Assembly: GCA_050246315.1 (NCBI GenBank)
Contig: JBFWWG010000006.1
Location: 1 to 64,000 of the forward strand
Direction: 5' to 3'
Length of the DNA stretch: 64,000 nucleotides
Origin: Nitrospiraceae bacterium
Lineage (GTDB): Bacteria > Nitrospirota > Nitrospiria > Nitrospirales > Nitrospiraceae
A program made the translations under genes and the position numbers. Within the stretch, counting starts at the first letter, position 1. Every line of letters begins with the position of its first letter. The notes under the pieces are model-generated. The model saw only the letters and a program-made list of their open reading frames with translations, had not been told where the DNA came from and made no database searches. Positions 19,482 through 28,745 of this stretch are shown one piece after another.

Positions 19482-20806
19482 CTTGCGTCACGGCAGCTTC
19501 TTTTGACCGATTATTCGGCGTGCTCGACAACCTGATTGATGAGCGCGTCGGGATTATTCGAGGAGTCTCTGAGCTTCCTAACCAGGCCGGGGATCCCGAG
19601 TTCTTCCATTATGTCGCGGAGGCCTGCGACACGACCACTTTCAGTGCTCAGAGAAACTTTGCCGAATCCGGGGGTGTCTCGACCGACCGAAGGATTGCGA
19701 TGGCCAAGGCCATCGGCGAGGCAGTGGAGCGTTATTGCTCGGCGCTCTATGTACAAAGCGAGTTGCCGCTGACGAGCCGTGCCTCAGCATCGTTTCTTAC
19801 CGTGGACCATTCGCAGTTTGCTCTTTTCACTTCCGAGCAATATGCGCAGCCTGAGTGCCGGTATGTGCCTTTTACGAACAGTACGCTGCTTCGATGGACC
19901 GAGGCGACTGATCTTGCCTCCCAAACGGACTGTCACCTCCCCGCCTGTATGGTCTACATGCCCTACCGCTTCGATAGAGGTGCGGGCGAGCAGGTGATCA
20001 CGCAGCCGATCTCCACCGGACTGGCATGCCACTGTAGCTGGGCCGAAGCCGCCACCTCCGCTATTTGCGAGGTCATCGAACGAGACGCGTTCACCATCAC
20101 ATGGCAGGCATTGCTGCCGGCCCCGCCGATCCGGCTGGCATCGCTGAGCGAACGGAATCGTGATCTGGTTGCTCGATTCGAGCGAACGGGCGGGTCAATC
20201 CGCTTGCTCAATCTCACCCTCGATCATGGGGTGCCCTGCATCTTGTCCATCCTGGCCCATGAACGCTCAACAGCCCCGGCGCTGACCTTCGCGGCCTCAG
20301 CAGCTCTGAGTCCGGAAGAGGCGGTCCGTAAAAGTCTCGAAGAGTTGGCACACACACACCGGGCCGCCAGGCGACTCAAGGCGCAACCTCATCCGTTTAC
20401 ACCGTTGCCTGATTACTCCAACGTGACCGACCAGGAGACACACGTTCGCCTCTATACCGAACACCACTCTCGACGCTCGGCCGAGTTTCTCTTCTCGTCT
20501 GAGAACTGGTGCGACTTCGAAGAGCTGCCGGACCTCTCGGGCAATCCTCCTGAAGAAGGCCTGCGTCGCCTGGTTTGGGAAATTGTCTCACGGAACCATC
20601 ACGTCTTCGTCAAAGACTTAACCACGCCAGATATCAAGGACCTCGGACTCTCGGTGGTGCGGGCGGTCATCCCCGGCTTGCACCCACTCTTCATAGGACA
20701 TAGGAATCGTGCCTTGGGTGGGTTCCGTCTCTGGACCGTCCCGCAGGCTCTCGGCTATAGAGGTATTGCCGACCAAGATAACCCTGCACCTCATCCGTAC
20801 CCTTGA
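19478..20806 (+). CDS. YcaO cyclodehydratase (azoline-forming)
   Basis: KAIGEAVERY, STGLAC, EVIERDAF, LTTPDI, VVRAVIPGL; Pro-rich C-terminus PAPHPYP; ATGA coupling. Confidence 0.93.
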   Translation: MTCVTAASFDRLFGVLDNLIDERVGIIRGVSELPNQAGDPEFFHYVAEACDTTTFSAQRNFAESGGVSTDRRIAMAKAIGEAVERYCSALYVQSELPLTSRASASFLTVDHSQFALFTSEQYAQPECRYVPFTNSTLLRWTEATDLASQTDCHLPACMVYMPYRFDRGAGEQVITQPISTGLACHCSWAEAATSAICEVIERDAFTITWQALLPAPPIRLASLSERNRDLVARFERTGGSIRLLNLTLDHGVPCILSILAHERSTAPALTFAASAALSPEEAVRKSLEELAHTHRAARRLKAQPHPFTPLPDYSNVTDQETHVRLYTEHHSRRSAEFLFSSENWCDFEELPDLSGNPPEEGLRRLVWEIVSRNHHVFVKDLTTPDIKDLGLSVVRAVIPGLHPLFIGHRNRALGGFRLWTVPQALGYRGIADQDNPAPHPYP

Positions 20807-20815
20807 GGGTTCATC

Positions 20816-21661
20816 ATGGCGTATCCGAAGTGGCAAGACATTCTCATACCACCGTCTGACCCGGCTTCCTGCTGGGAATTGTTTCACGAAAACTCGAAAG
20901 TCTCTCGTTTTGACAAGTACCAGGATATCGACGTCATTCGAAAGGAGATGCGGAACCTGCATGAATCATTGCCTTACGACGGCTACCCCAAAGTGGAACT
21001 CCCACAGCAGATCCCGAGCCTGGATGTTGCTCTAGGCGATGCGATCTGCGCACGAAGGTCCGTTCGGCGTCTCGAACCTGTTCCGCTTGATCTGGAGACA
21101 GTGACTACCATTCTGTACTATTCCTACGGATTGACAGGAGAAACCAAGGAGATACCCCGCTGCTTTCGCGCGGTACCTTCTGGCGGAGCCTTGTACCCAC
21201 TCGAACTCTATTTCTATAGCGCCTCCCTCCCCGGCCTGGAGCCAGGTTTCTACCACTACAATCCTTGTGAGCATCAGTTGACGTTCCTGCAGGGTCTTGA
21301 AACACCTAACCCCATTTGTCACGCCGTGCGCCAGCCTGACCTCATTGACGGAGCCTCCATGGTTCTCTTCATCACGGCTCTGTTCGAGCGAACGGTCTTC
21401 AAGTACGGAGATCGCGGTTACCGGTTTGTGCTCATGGAGGTTGGTCATCTCGCCCAGAACGTGCATCTTGTGACGCAGGGGGTGGGGCTCGCTGGGGTCA
21501 GCATCGGCGGATTCTTCGACCGAGAAATGGACAGGCTGTTGCGGCTCGATGGGCTCAATCACTCCACCCTATGTTTGATCGCGATAGGAAAGAACTCCGA
21601 AGGCAACGACGCACGAGATTCTCACCTGCGCAAGGAGCCGCAAGGAGGCTCTTATGAATGA
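20816..21661 (+). CDS. SagB/ThcOx-family FMN-dependent azoline dehydrogenase
   Basis: RRSVR, PSGGALYPLELY, KYGDRGYRF (Lys-Tyr motif), EVGHLAQN, IGGFFD. Confidence 0.92.
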   Translation: MAYPKWQDILIPPSDPASCWELFHENSKVSRFDKYQDIDVIRKEMRNLHESLPYDGYPKVELPQQIPSLDVALGDAICARRSVRRLEPVPLDLETVTTILYYSYGLTGETKEIPRCFRAVPSGGALYPLELYFYSASLPGLEPGFYHYNPCEHQLTFLQGLETPNPICHAVRQPDLIDGASMVLFITALFERTVFKYGDRGYRFVLMEVGHLAQNVHLVTQGVGLAGVSIGGFFDREMDRLLRLDGLNHSTLCLIAIGKNSEGNDARDSHLRKEPQGGSYE

Positions 21662-23114
21662 AATTGACAACATCGCCCCGATCGACCTGGATAATCCTGG
21701 CGCCTATGGCCCTCTGCTGAAGAATGTGCAAGGCAACATCGTCAAGGGCCACGCGCGCGACCTAGCCAACCACATTTTCATCACCTTTACAGGTGGAGCT
21801 GCGGCCGCACGGAACTGGCTCCGGACACTGGAGCCTGAGGTGACCTCTGCCTTCCAGCAGCAGCAGGATTCGAACGAGTTCAAGAGATCGAGAAGAGACG
21901 ATCTCCCCTTTCTCAGTGTATTTCTGACTGCGGCCGGTTATGGATATCTCGGGCTGACAGGTGCGATGCCGCCGGAACAAGGCGGAAGCTTTCGCGCTGG
22001 AATGAGGAAGACAGGACGTGTTTTGAACGATCTCCCGCCGGATGAATGGCGCGATCCCAACTGGCGTAAACTTGGGCAACCCGCAACGGCACTTCACGCA
22101 ATGGTTCTCACCGCGAACGACAACGGAGGACGTCTCCGACAAGATACCGAGGGTATCATTCACAGTCTCAAGGGGCTCGGAGAGTTCTTCATCGAATCAG
22201 GCAAGATGTTGTATCCCGATGGGGACAAGAACAAGCCGCGAGAACACTTCGGTTATATCGACGGCATCAGCAATCCGATCTTTGACAAGGAGGATCTGGA
22301 GAAGGAAGACGGCTACCAGACGGACGACGGGGGCTGGCGCTTTTCATCGTGGGATCCGTTCGCCCCATTGAACCTCGTACTTGTGAGAGAATCGGGAGCT
22401 TCCCCTGCAGAGCCGCGATACGGAAGTTTTCTGGTGTTCAGAAAGCTGGAGCAAAACGTGCGCGACTTTCGCGCAGACATTCTGCAACTCAGCGCCAACC
22501 TGGCTCGCGGGGGAGCCGCGCAAGCGCGCGCCATGGCTCTAGTTATGGGTCGCTTCCCGGATGGAACACCTGTGACCGTTCATCCAAATTCGGTCTCATC
22601 CCATCCCTTTGCCAACGACTTTTCCTATGTGTCTGCGGGGGGACGCTGTCCATTTCGCGGGCATATCCGACGTGCCAATCCTCGGGGGGAACAGGAACCT
22701 CCTCGCGAGGAAGAAGCCATGCGGAGGATCGCAAGACGGGGGATTCCATATGGCGACCGAGCACGAGATCTTAGCGACTCGCCGGCAGATGGTGTTGGAC
22801 TTCTCTTCATGTGTTACCAAAGCGATATCGCCCGTCATTTCGAACATATCCAGAAAGAATGGTGCAATTGGGAATTTAATTTTGATGCTATCGTCGGGCA
22901 AGGCAGGGTCGTGAAGCAGTTACCCCCAATAGAGCGGGAACGTAACACCGAATGGCCAAGGAAGTGGGCCACCACCGCCGAAGAGACGAATAATCCGGTT
23001 GCTGATTGGCCCGCGCATGCTCGGCTGGATAACTTCGAATTCGGCCGATACGTCACTCTGAAGGGCGGCGAATACTTTTTTGCTCCGAGTAAGCCATCCT
23101 TGAGAGACCTGTGA
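21654..23114 (+). CDS. Dyp-type heme peroxidase
   Basis: QGNIVKG, FGYIDGISNP (GxxDG), HIRRANPR (proximal His), RRGIPYG, GLLFMCYQ; overlaps the dehydrogenase stop. Confidence 0.9.
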   Translation: MNEIDNIAPIDLDNPGAYGPLLKNVQGNIVKGHARDLANHIFITFTGGAAAARNWLRTLEPEVTSAFQQQQDSNEFKRSRRDDLPFLSVFLTAAGYGYLGLTGAMPPEQGGSFRAGMRKTGRVLNDLPPDEWRDPNWRKLGQPATALHAMVLTANDNGGRLRQDTEGIIHSLKGLGEFFIESGKMLYPDGDKNKPREHFGYIDGISNPIFDKEDLEKEDGYQTDDGGWRFSSWDPFAPLNLVLVRESGASPAEPRYGSFLVFRKLEQNVRDFRADILQLSANLARGGAAQARAMALVMGRFPDGTPVTVHPNSVSSHPFANDFSYVSAGGRCPFRGHIRRANPRGEQEPPREEEAMRRIARRGIPYGDRARDLSDSPADGVGLLFMCYQSDIARHFEHIQKEWCNWEFNFDAIVGQGRVVKQLPPIERERNTEWPRKWATTAEETNNPVADWPAHARLDNFEFGRYVTLKGGEYFFAPSKPSLRDL

Positions 23115-23249
23115 AGCCCGCACCTGGCCAAGAGCTGAGACCGATGACCATTCAGGTGGTTATTCGCAGCAAGTGCGCCGGAAGACACTTCGACGCCGTG
23201 AGCGCATACTTTCCGATGCGTCAATAGCGCCTGATGTAAGGAGATTCTG

Positions 23250-23816
23250 ATGAGAAATGAGTGGAGTCATAGGTTCTCTGCCCCTTCAGTGGGCCTCGTT
23301 GCCCTACTTCTCTTCACGAATTGTACCCATTTCACCAGTCCAGCCAGGGAGCATGAGCTGAAGAGCAATCAGGGATATTGGTTCGACTACGAAGCATCAC
23401 GGCGAGGCACTCTCCTCATCATCAAAGACAGTGCTGATACGAAGCAGGTAACCATCTGCGCAGAGCCACCCCCGGACATCGCCTTAGAGCGATCACAAGA
23501 GATACTGGCCAAAGTGAGCTATCAGAACATCCCGGCTGAACTACAAGCCAAGCTTGGCGAGAAGGTTGCCGAATTGGGAAAACGTACACAGACCGTGATG
23601 TTCTTGCGTGAATCCTTGTTCCGGCTGTGTGAGCTGTCGAATAATTCTACATTCTCCTCCGACAGTCTAAAGGTGCTGTACGAGAAGGTCATTGATGCAG
23701 CCCTTGCAGTGGCTGAGGCAGAAAAGGCGGATGCGGAACGTCCTAAGGCAGAGGCCGAACGGGCCAAGGCGTTACAGGCATTCCCTGAAGATATTCAAAG
23801 AAGACTCGTGCAGTAG
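23250..23816 (+). CDS. Hypothetical lipoprotein
   Basis: AAGGAG RBS; LLLFTN-C lipobox-like; CAEPPPD...RTQTVMFLRESLFRLCE; helical C-terminus. Confidence 0.65.
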   Translation: MRNEWSHRFSAPSVGLVALLLFTNCTHFTSPAREHELKSNQGYWFDYEASRRGTLLIIKDSADTKQVTICAEPPPDIALERSQEILAKVSYQNIPAELQAKLGEKVAELGKRTQTVMFLRESLFRLCELSNNSTFSSDSLKVLYEKVIDAALAVAEAEKADAERPKAEAERAKALQAFPEDIQRRLVQ

Positions 23817-23893
23817 GCCTTCGCGGGATTCGGCCGTATGAAGCAGAGACTTCCATAGTGTGGGGTATCCGGTGACGCAAGGCTCGCGGGTGG

Positions 23894-26026
23894 ATGTCAC
23901 CTGGGCGACACTCGTGCTTTCTGTTACGTGCTTCGATATACTACGCGCCGAATTCCGTGAGCCTCTCTCGGCCGATTTGCCCAGGATCACGAGTGTCGCT
24001 TCAATGGAACGTGCTCGGCCTTCTGCTGGTCGTCGTGGTCGCGTCGCCTGTCCGCACATTCGCTCAATCTGACAATCCCTCCGGCTCCTCCGCGCGCGAT
24101 CGGCGCGTGGAGGAAGACACGCTGGGCATCCTTCAAGAGGAAGAGACGGTCGTTACGGCGAGCCGCCACGCCCAGAGGATTTCCGAGGCGCCCTCGAACG
24201 TCTATGTCATCACCGACGACGACATCCGCCAGTCCGGCGCTCCGGATCTCCCCACCGTGCTGCGGCGCGTGCCAGGGATCGAGGTCATGCAGGTGACCGG
24301 GGCCCAATTCAACGTGAGCGCGCGGGGCGACAACCAGGCCGTCGCCAACAAGATGCTGGTCCTCGTGGACGGTCGATCCATCTATGTGGACATCAGCGGC
24401 GAGGTCTTCTGGAAGGCCATTCCGGTGACCTTGCCGGAGATCAAGAGGATCGAGGTCGTGAAGGGACCGTCTTCCGTCTTGTACGGCTTCAATGCGTTTG
24501 ATGGGGTGATCAACATCATCACCAAGTCCGCGAAGGAGATCAACGGCACGATCCTGCAATTCGGAGGCGGGGAATACGGCACCATCACGAGTTCGGCCGT
24601 GCATGCCGGAACCGCCGACAAATTCGGCTACCGACTCTCGGTCGGTCATGACCAGAACAACCAATGGCGGGATCGCAACGCGCTGGCGTTTCGCAACAAC
24701 AAGTTCAATGTCAACATGGACTATCACCTCTCCGGGGACTCGCGGGTCTTCCTCGAAGGCGGATTCAACGATGTGAACCGGTATGACGGCAATTTCACCG
24801 AGACGGTCACTCCGACCTCGCCGTTTTCGGACGGGTACGGACGTGCGGGCTACGAACGAGCGGACTTCTTTGTGCGCGCCTTTTTCAGGCGCGTGTCGTT
24901 CGACGCGGACGTCTTGACGAATCCGGTCTTGGCCCCCTTCATCCGCGTGACGGACGTCAACGGCAACCAGATGCAGTTCACGGATACCAACACCTATGAT
25001 ATCGAAGCCCAGCATACCCTCCATTGGGGCAAGCTCAACTCCTTGAGCTACGGCCTCAACCTCCGACGGAATACCATCAACAGCAATTGGGCGACCGCGG
25101 GTCACGAAAATCGGTTCGGACTCTATGTCCAGGACGAATTCAAACCGCACGAGACCTTCAGTGTGGTCGGCGGACTGCGGTACGATATGAACAGCCTCAT
25201 CAATCCCACACTGAGTCCTCGCCTTTCTCTGATATATCGGCCCGCGGCCGATCACTCGTTCCGTGCGACGGCCGCGGTGGCCTATCGCTCCCCTCAGCTC
25301 GGCGCCACCAACTTTCGTGCGCAATCGACCGCGACGCTGCCGACTGTGATCCCTGGATTCGTGGTGACTCAAGTGACGCCGTTGGTCGGTTCCGAGAGCC
25401 TCAAGCCCGAGCAGATCATTTCCTACGATGCGGGCTATCAAGGCTGGTACCTGAGGCACACTCTGAGGCTCCGGGCCGATATCTTCTTCAACCACATTTC
25501 CGACCTGATCGGGACGGCTAACGCCACTCTGGCCAATCGCGGCGGCAGCGCCGACATCTACGGCGGGGAGGCCGGGTTCGACTTCGATGTGACCAGATGG
25601 CTGAGTCTCTTTGGAAATTTCTCCTATCAGGAGATCAGCCAAACACTCACCGATGACACCCGGCGCGGCGGTCCACGGTTCAAGGTCAACGGCGGGGCTC
25701 GAGCGGACTTTGAAAATGGGCTCAACGGCGAGGTGGCGGTGTTTCATGTGGGATCAGCCACCTACCCCGTCAACGCGACCTTTGCCGAGTTCGCCGCGGG
25801 GTTTCCTACGTTCGGCATTCCTCCGTTGATCCCTCCTTCGGCGGTTCCCGTGGAGAGAGTCAATCATTACACTCTGCTCAACCTACGGGCGGGGTACCGG
25901 TTCTGGAAAGACAGGGCAGAGGCCGCCGTCAGCGTCTTCAACGCGCTGAACGATCGACACAATGAACATCCGCTCGGGGATACGATCGGCAGCCGGGTGA
26001 TGGGCTGGCTGACCCTGAAGTTATAG
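23894..26026 (+). CDS. TonB-dependent receptor (paralog 2)
   Basis: TonB-box-like ETVVTAS; plug nearly identical to paralog 1; C-terminus EHPLGDTIGSRVMGWLTLKL; start uncertain. Confidence 0.92.
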   Translation: MSPGRHSCFLLRASIYYAPNSVSLSRPICPGSRVSLQWNVLGLLLVVVVASPVRTFAQSDNPSGSSARDRRVEEDTLGILQEEETVVTASRHAQRISEAPSNVYVITDDDIRQSGAPDLPTVLRRVPGIEVMQVTGAQFNVSARGDNQAVANKMLVLVDGRSIYVDISGEVFWKAIPVTLPEIKRIEVVKGPSSVLYGFNAFDGVINIITKSAKEINGTILQFGGGEYGTITSSAVHAGTADKFGYRLSVGHDQNNQWRDRNALAFRNNKFNVNMDYHLSGDSRVFLEGGFNDVNRYDGNFTETVTPTSPFSDGYGRAGYERADFFVRAFFRRVSFDADVLTNPVLAPFIRVTDVNGNQMQFTDTNTYDIEAQHTLHWGKLNSLSYGLNLRRNTINSNWATAGHENRFGLYVQDEFKPHETFSVVGGLRYDMNSLINPTLSPRLSLIYRPAADHSFRATAAVAYRSPQLGATNFRAQSTATLPTVIPGFVVTQVTPLVGSESLKPEQIISYDAGYQGWYLRHTLRLRADIFFNHISDLIGTANATLANRGGSADIYGGEAGFDFDVTRWLSLFGNFSYQEISQTLTDDTRRGGPRFKVNGGARADFENGLNGEVAVFHVGSATYPVNATFAEFAAGFPTFGIPPLIPPSAVPVERVNHYTLLNLRAGYRFWKDRAEAAVSVFNALNDRHNEHPLGDTIGSRVMGWLTLKL

Positions 26027-26032
26027 GCGACG

Positions 26033-27112
26033 ATGCGCGGCCATTGGTCCACCCTGACAAACTACCCGGCGACGTGGCTGCTGCTCCTGTCAATGATCGG
26101 CGCACCGTCTGCCTGGGCGGCCGGCGTGCCGCACGATCATGCGGCCCCCGCTCTCCTGCCGGGGGCGCCGGTCTCGGTCGAGATCGAGCCAGACCGAATC
26201 ACGATTACCTTCGGCCCGCTCGATTTGCCGACCGGCCACGAGGGCGAACTGGCCGCCTCCCTGCCGCCCCACCTGTTTCAGGTGCCGCATGAGATGTTCT
26301 TCACCGGGTTCCACGCATCGCTGTCCACGGCGGACGGCGCCCCGCTGCCCCGCCACTATTTGCACCATCTCCTGTTGATCGATCCTGCCAAGGAGAGTCC
26401 GGCCTGTCCCGGTGAGGTGTATTTTCTCGCGGGCGCCGGGTTGGAGATGTCGGACGCGCGGTTCCCCGACGGCTATGGCGTCAAGCTTCAGGCCGCCGAT
26501 CGGTTGATGGCCGTGGTGGCCTTTTATCACGGCGCGCCCGCCACGACCGGCGTCGTCGCACGTTTGACGCTGCATCTGGCGCCGGCAGGCGCCGGCCTCA
26601 CGCCGCTTCAGGTCTATCACGTGGGCATCAACGTGGGCTGTTATCGCCAACTCGAGCGGCGCGCGCCGGGAGAGACCGACGAAGGTCTGCCGCTGGCCCC
26701 CGGGCTTTCGGTCGTCACCGCCCCCGTCGCATTCAGCATGGACGGCTGCGTCAAGTACGCCTATCCTCACGGACACGACCATCTGGTGCTGTTCACGCTG
26801 GAGAACCGGACCTCCGGTCGGACGCTCCTCCGCACCGCTCCCGAAACCTCGCGGGACGGCACCTTGATCGCCTTTCCTCCCAGCCAGGTCTACCGCAACA
26901 GCATCGGCTTTTCGATTTCCAAGGACGAGAGCTACGAGATCACGATGATCTCTCACCGCCCGTTGCAAGACAAGGGTCCGCGCTACGGCATGGCCAACTA
27001 TATTCTGTACCTGACGCCGGGGCTCTGTTCCGAACCAGACCCGGAGCAGGCCGATCATGGTGATCGACCGACGACATCCGCCCACCCCCTTTCGAGGCAC
27101 ACCGGTCCATGA
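26033..27112 (+). CDS. Exported copper type II monooxygenase-like (PHM-like) protein, copy 1
   Basis: Signal peptide (AWA); LHHLLL, RFPDGYGVKL, YAYPHGH, GMANYILY, in the same order as PHM CuH/CuM ligands. Confidence 0.65.
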   Translation: MRGHWSTLTNYPATWLLLLSMIGAPSAWAAGVPHDHAAPALLPGAPVSVEIEPDRITITFGPLDLPTGHEGELAASLPPHLFQVPHEMFFTGFHASLSTADGAPLPRHYLHHLLLIDPAKESPACPGEVYFLAGAGLEMSDARFPDGYGVKLQAADRLMAVVAFYHGAPATTGVVARLTLHLAPAGAGLTPLQVYHVGINVGCYRQLERRAPGETDEGLPLAPGLSVVTAPVAFSMDGCVKYAYPHGHDHLVLFTLENRTSGRTLLRTAPETSRDGTLIAFPPSQVYRNSIGFSISKDESYEITMISHRPLQDKGPRYGMANYILYLTPGLCSEPDPEQADHGDRPTTSAHPLSRHTGP

Positions 27113-28152
27113 CCTACCGATTTGTCGAGACATCGCAACGACATGACACGTTCACCGCGGTCCTTTGCTCGCTATTCCTTTTCGCGGCTGGCCTCCTTTG
27201 GAGCGATCCGAGCGCCGCCGACGATCACGCAACGTCCGAGCTGCCGCAACTGTCGGCACAGATCCCGAGTTCGGTCGATTGGCAGGACCGCCAGGTCACC
27301 ATCACGTTCGGTCCGCTCGATATCGAGGACCACGCGCAAGGGCACATCCCGGTACCCGCCAGTGTCTTCTTCGCGCCGAACGATCTCATGATCGTCGGGT
27401 ACCAAGCCTCCGTCGGCACACATGACGGAACGCCGCTACCCAAGCACTACCTCCATCATGTATCGGTGTTGGACAGCACGCGGCCCAGCACTTTCTGTGA
27501 AGGCGCCCCGTATCTCCTCGGCGGATCAGGCGTAGAAATGACCGGCGTCCGCTTTCCGCCAGGCCATGGCGTTCCAGTCGCCAAGGGAGCCAAACTGCTC
27601 GCGGTCGCATCCTTCTACGATCACGTCGAGCCGCGTCGGGGCGTCGTCATCCGGCTCACGCTGCACCTGGCTCCGGAGGGCGAACCGGCGACCACGATGC
27701 GGACGCACCATATCAGCGTCACGTCGGACTGTTACCGTCGTTTCGTCGAGGCGGGACCGGACGAGACCGACGAAGGCTTGCGGCTGTCGCCGGGCGTCAC
27801 CACCCGCTCAATCGATGTCTCGTTTCCGTTCGATGGGTGCGTGAAATTCGCTTATGCCCATGCGCACGACTACCTCGCCCTCATGTTGCTCGACAATCTT
27901 TCTTCACAGAGCACGTTGCTGCGGACGGCCCCGCAACTCGATGAAGAAGGAAAGCTCCTCGGGTTTTCGGCGGAGCAGGTTTTTTCCGACGCTAGGGGGT
28001 TCCCGATCAATCGGCGGGACCGTTATCGTCTCACCATGGTCTACCATCGCCCGCTTCACGACAGGCGGGAGCAGTACGGCATGGCCACCTACCTGCTCTA
28101 CCTCACCCCTTCTCCCTGCCCAGCAGCATCTCCTTTCACATCTCCCGGTTAA
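27109..28152 (+). CDS. Exported copper type II monooxygenase-like (PHM-like) protein, copy 2
   Basis: Paralog: LHHVSV, RFPPGHGV, FAYAHAH, GMATYLLY; ATGA coupling. Confidence 0.65.
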   Translation: MTYRFVETSQRHDTFTAVLCSLFLFAAGLLWSDPSAADDHATSELPQLSAQIPSSVDWQDRQVTITFGPLDIEDHAQGHIPVPASVFFAPNDLMIVGYQASVGTHDGTPLPKHYLHHVSVLDSTRPSTFCEGAPYLLGGSGVEMTGVRFPPGHGVPVAKGAKLLAVASFYDHVEPRRGVVIRLTLHLAPEGEPATTMRTHHISVTSDCYRRFVEAGPDETDEGLRLSPGVTTRSIDVSFPFDGCVKFAYAHAHDYLALMLLDNLSSQSTLLRTAPQLDEEGKLLGFSAEQVFSDARGFPINRRDRYRLTMVYHRPLHDRREQYGMATYLLYLTPSPCPAASPFTSPG

Positions 28153-28158
28153 CAGCTT

Positions 28159-28211
28159 CCCCTTGCTACTCTGGCCCTCCCACCCCTGGAGGAGAGGGTA
28201 AGGGTAGCGGG
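28159..28211. repeat. REP-like GC-rich hairpin (CCCTCCC...GGAGAGGG family), possible terminator
   Basis: Imperfect inverted repeat just after the stop codon at 28152. Confidence 0.5.
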
Positions 28212-28257
28212 TCTGGCTTGGCAGGCCTCGTTCCAATCTCAACGCGCCGGTCAAATT

Positions 28258-28297
28258 GTTATCCAAATGGATACAGTTGTGGATCGGTTTAGATACA
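28258..28297. promoter_or_regulatory. Tandem putative activator boxes (TGTATC-N6-GATACA-like, 22 bp apart)
   Basis: GTTATCCAAATGGATACA 28258-28275; TGGATCGGTTTAGATACA 28280-28297. Confidence 0.55.
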
Positions 28298-28419
28298 CTC
28301 GACAATCCGCTCATCTGCAAAGACTTCGATGCCTGACCATGAGGCGGTGCGGCGCTTCCAAACCACGCAGGATTCCACGATTCCGCCTCGCGGTATCAGA
28401 CCGCGATTCCGTCCATCGG

Positions 28420-28436
28420 TTGGCATAGGTGTTGCG
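28420..28436 (+). promoter_or_regulatory. Putative sigma54 promoter
   Basis: TTGGCATAGGTGTTGCG, close to the TGGCACG-N4-TTGC consensus. Confidence 0.65.
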
Positions 28437-28531
28437 ACGGTATCGGGCAGCACATTCACCATCTGTCGACTCCCGGCGGAAGGGCATTGATTCCGTCACA
28501 CCGAACGGTGGGAGAGAACGGGGGGAGGCTC

Positions 28532-28660
28532 ATGGATTCCGATTTGGTGTTCATCGGGTTGTTGGCTGGAGTGGTCGGCTTGGTCTGGGTTCTCATGCTC
28601 ACACTGTGGGAAGGACGACCTCGAAAGGAACGAAGCAAGACCCCGGTAGGTCTCCCATAG
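28532..28660 (+). CDS. Small single-TM protein (42 aa; below the ORF-track cutoff)
   Basis: GGAGG RBS; MDSDLVFIGLLAGVVGLVWVLMLTLWEGRPRKERSKTPVGLP: TM helix then basic tail. Confidence 0.6.
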   Translation: MDSDLVFIGLLAGVVGLVWVLMLTLWEGRPRKERSKTPVGLP

Positions 28661-28745
28661 ACACATTCGGGATGCGGCTTCGACGCCATCAGACGGCTCT
28701 GATCCAGAACCATCATGATGAGAGCCCCATTGGAGGGACTGTTCT

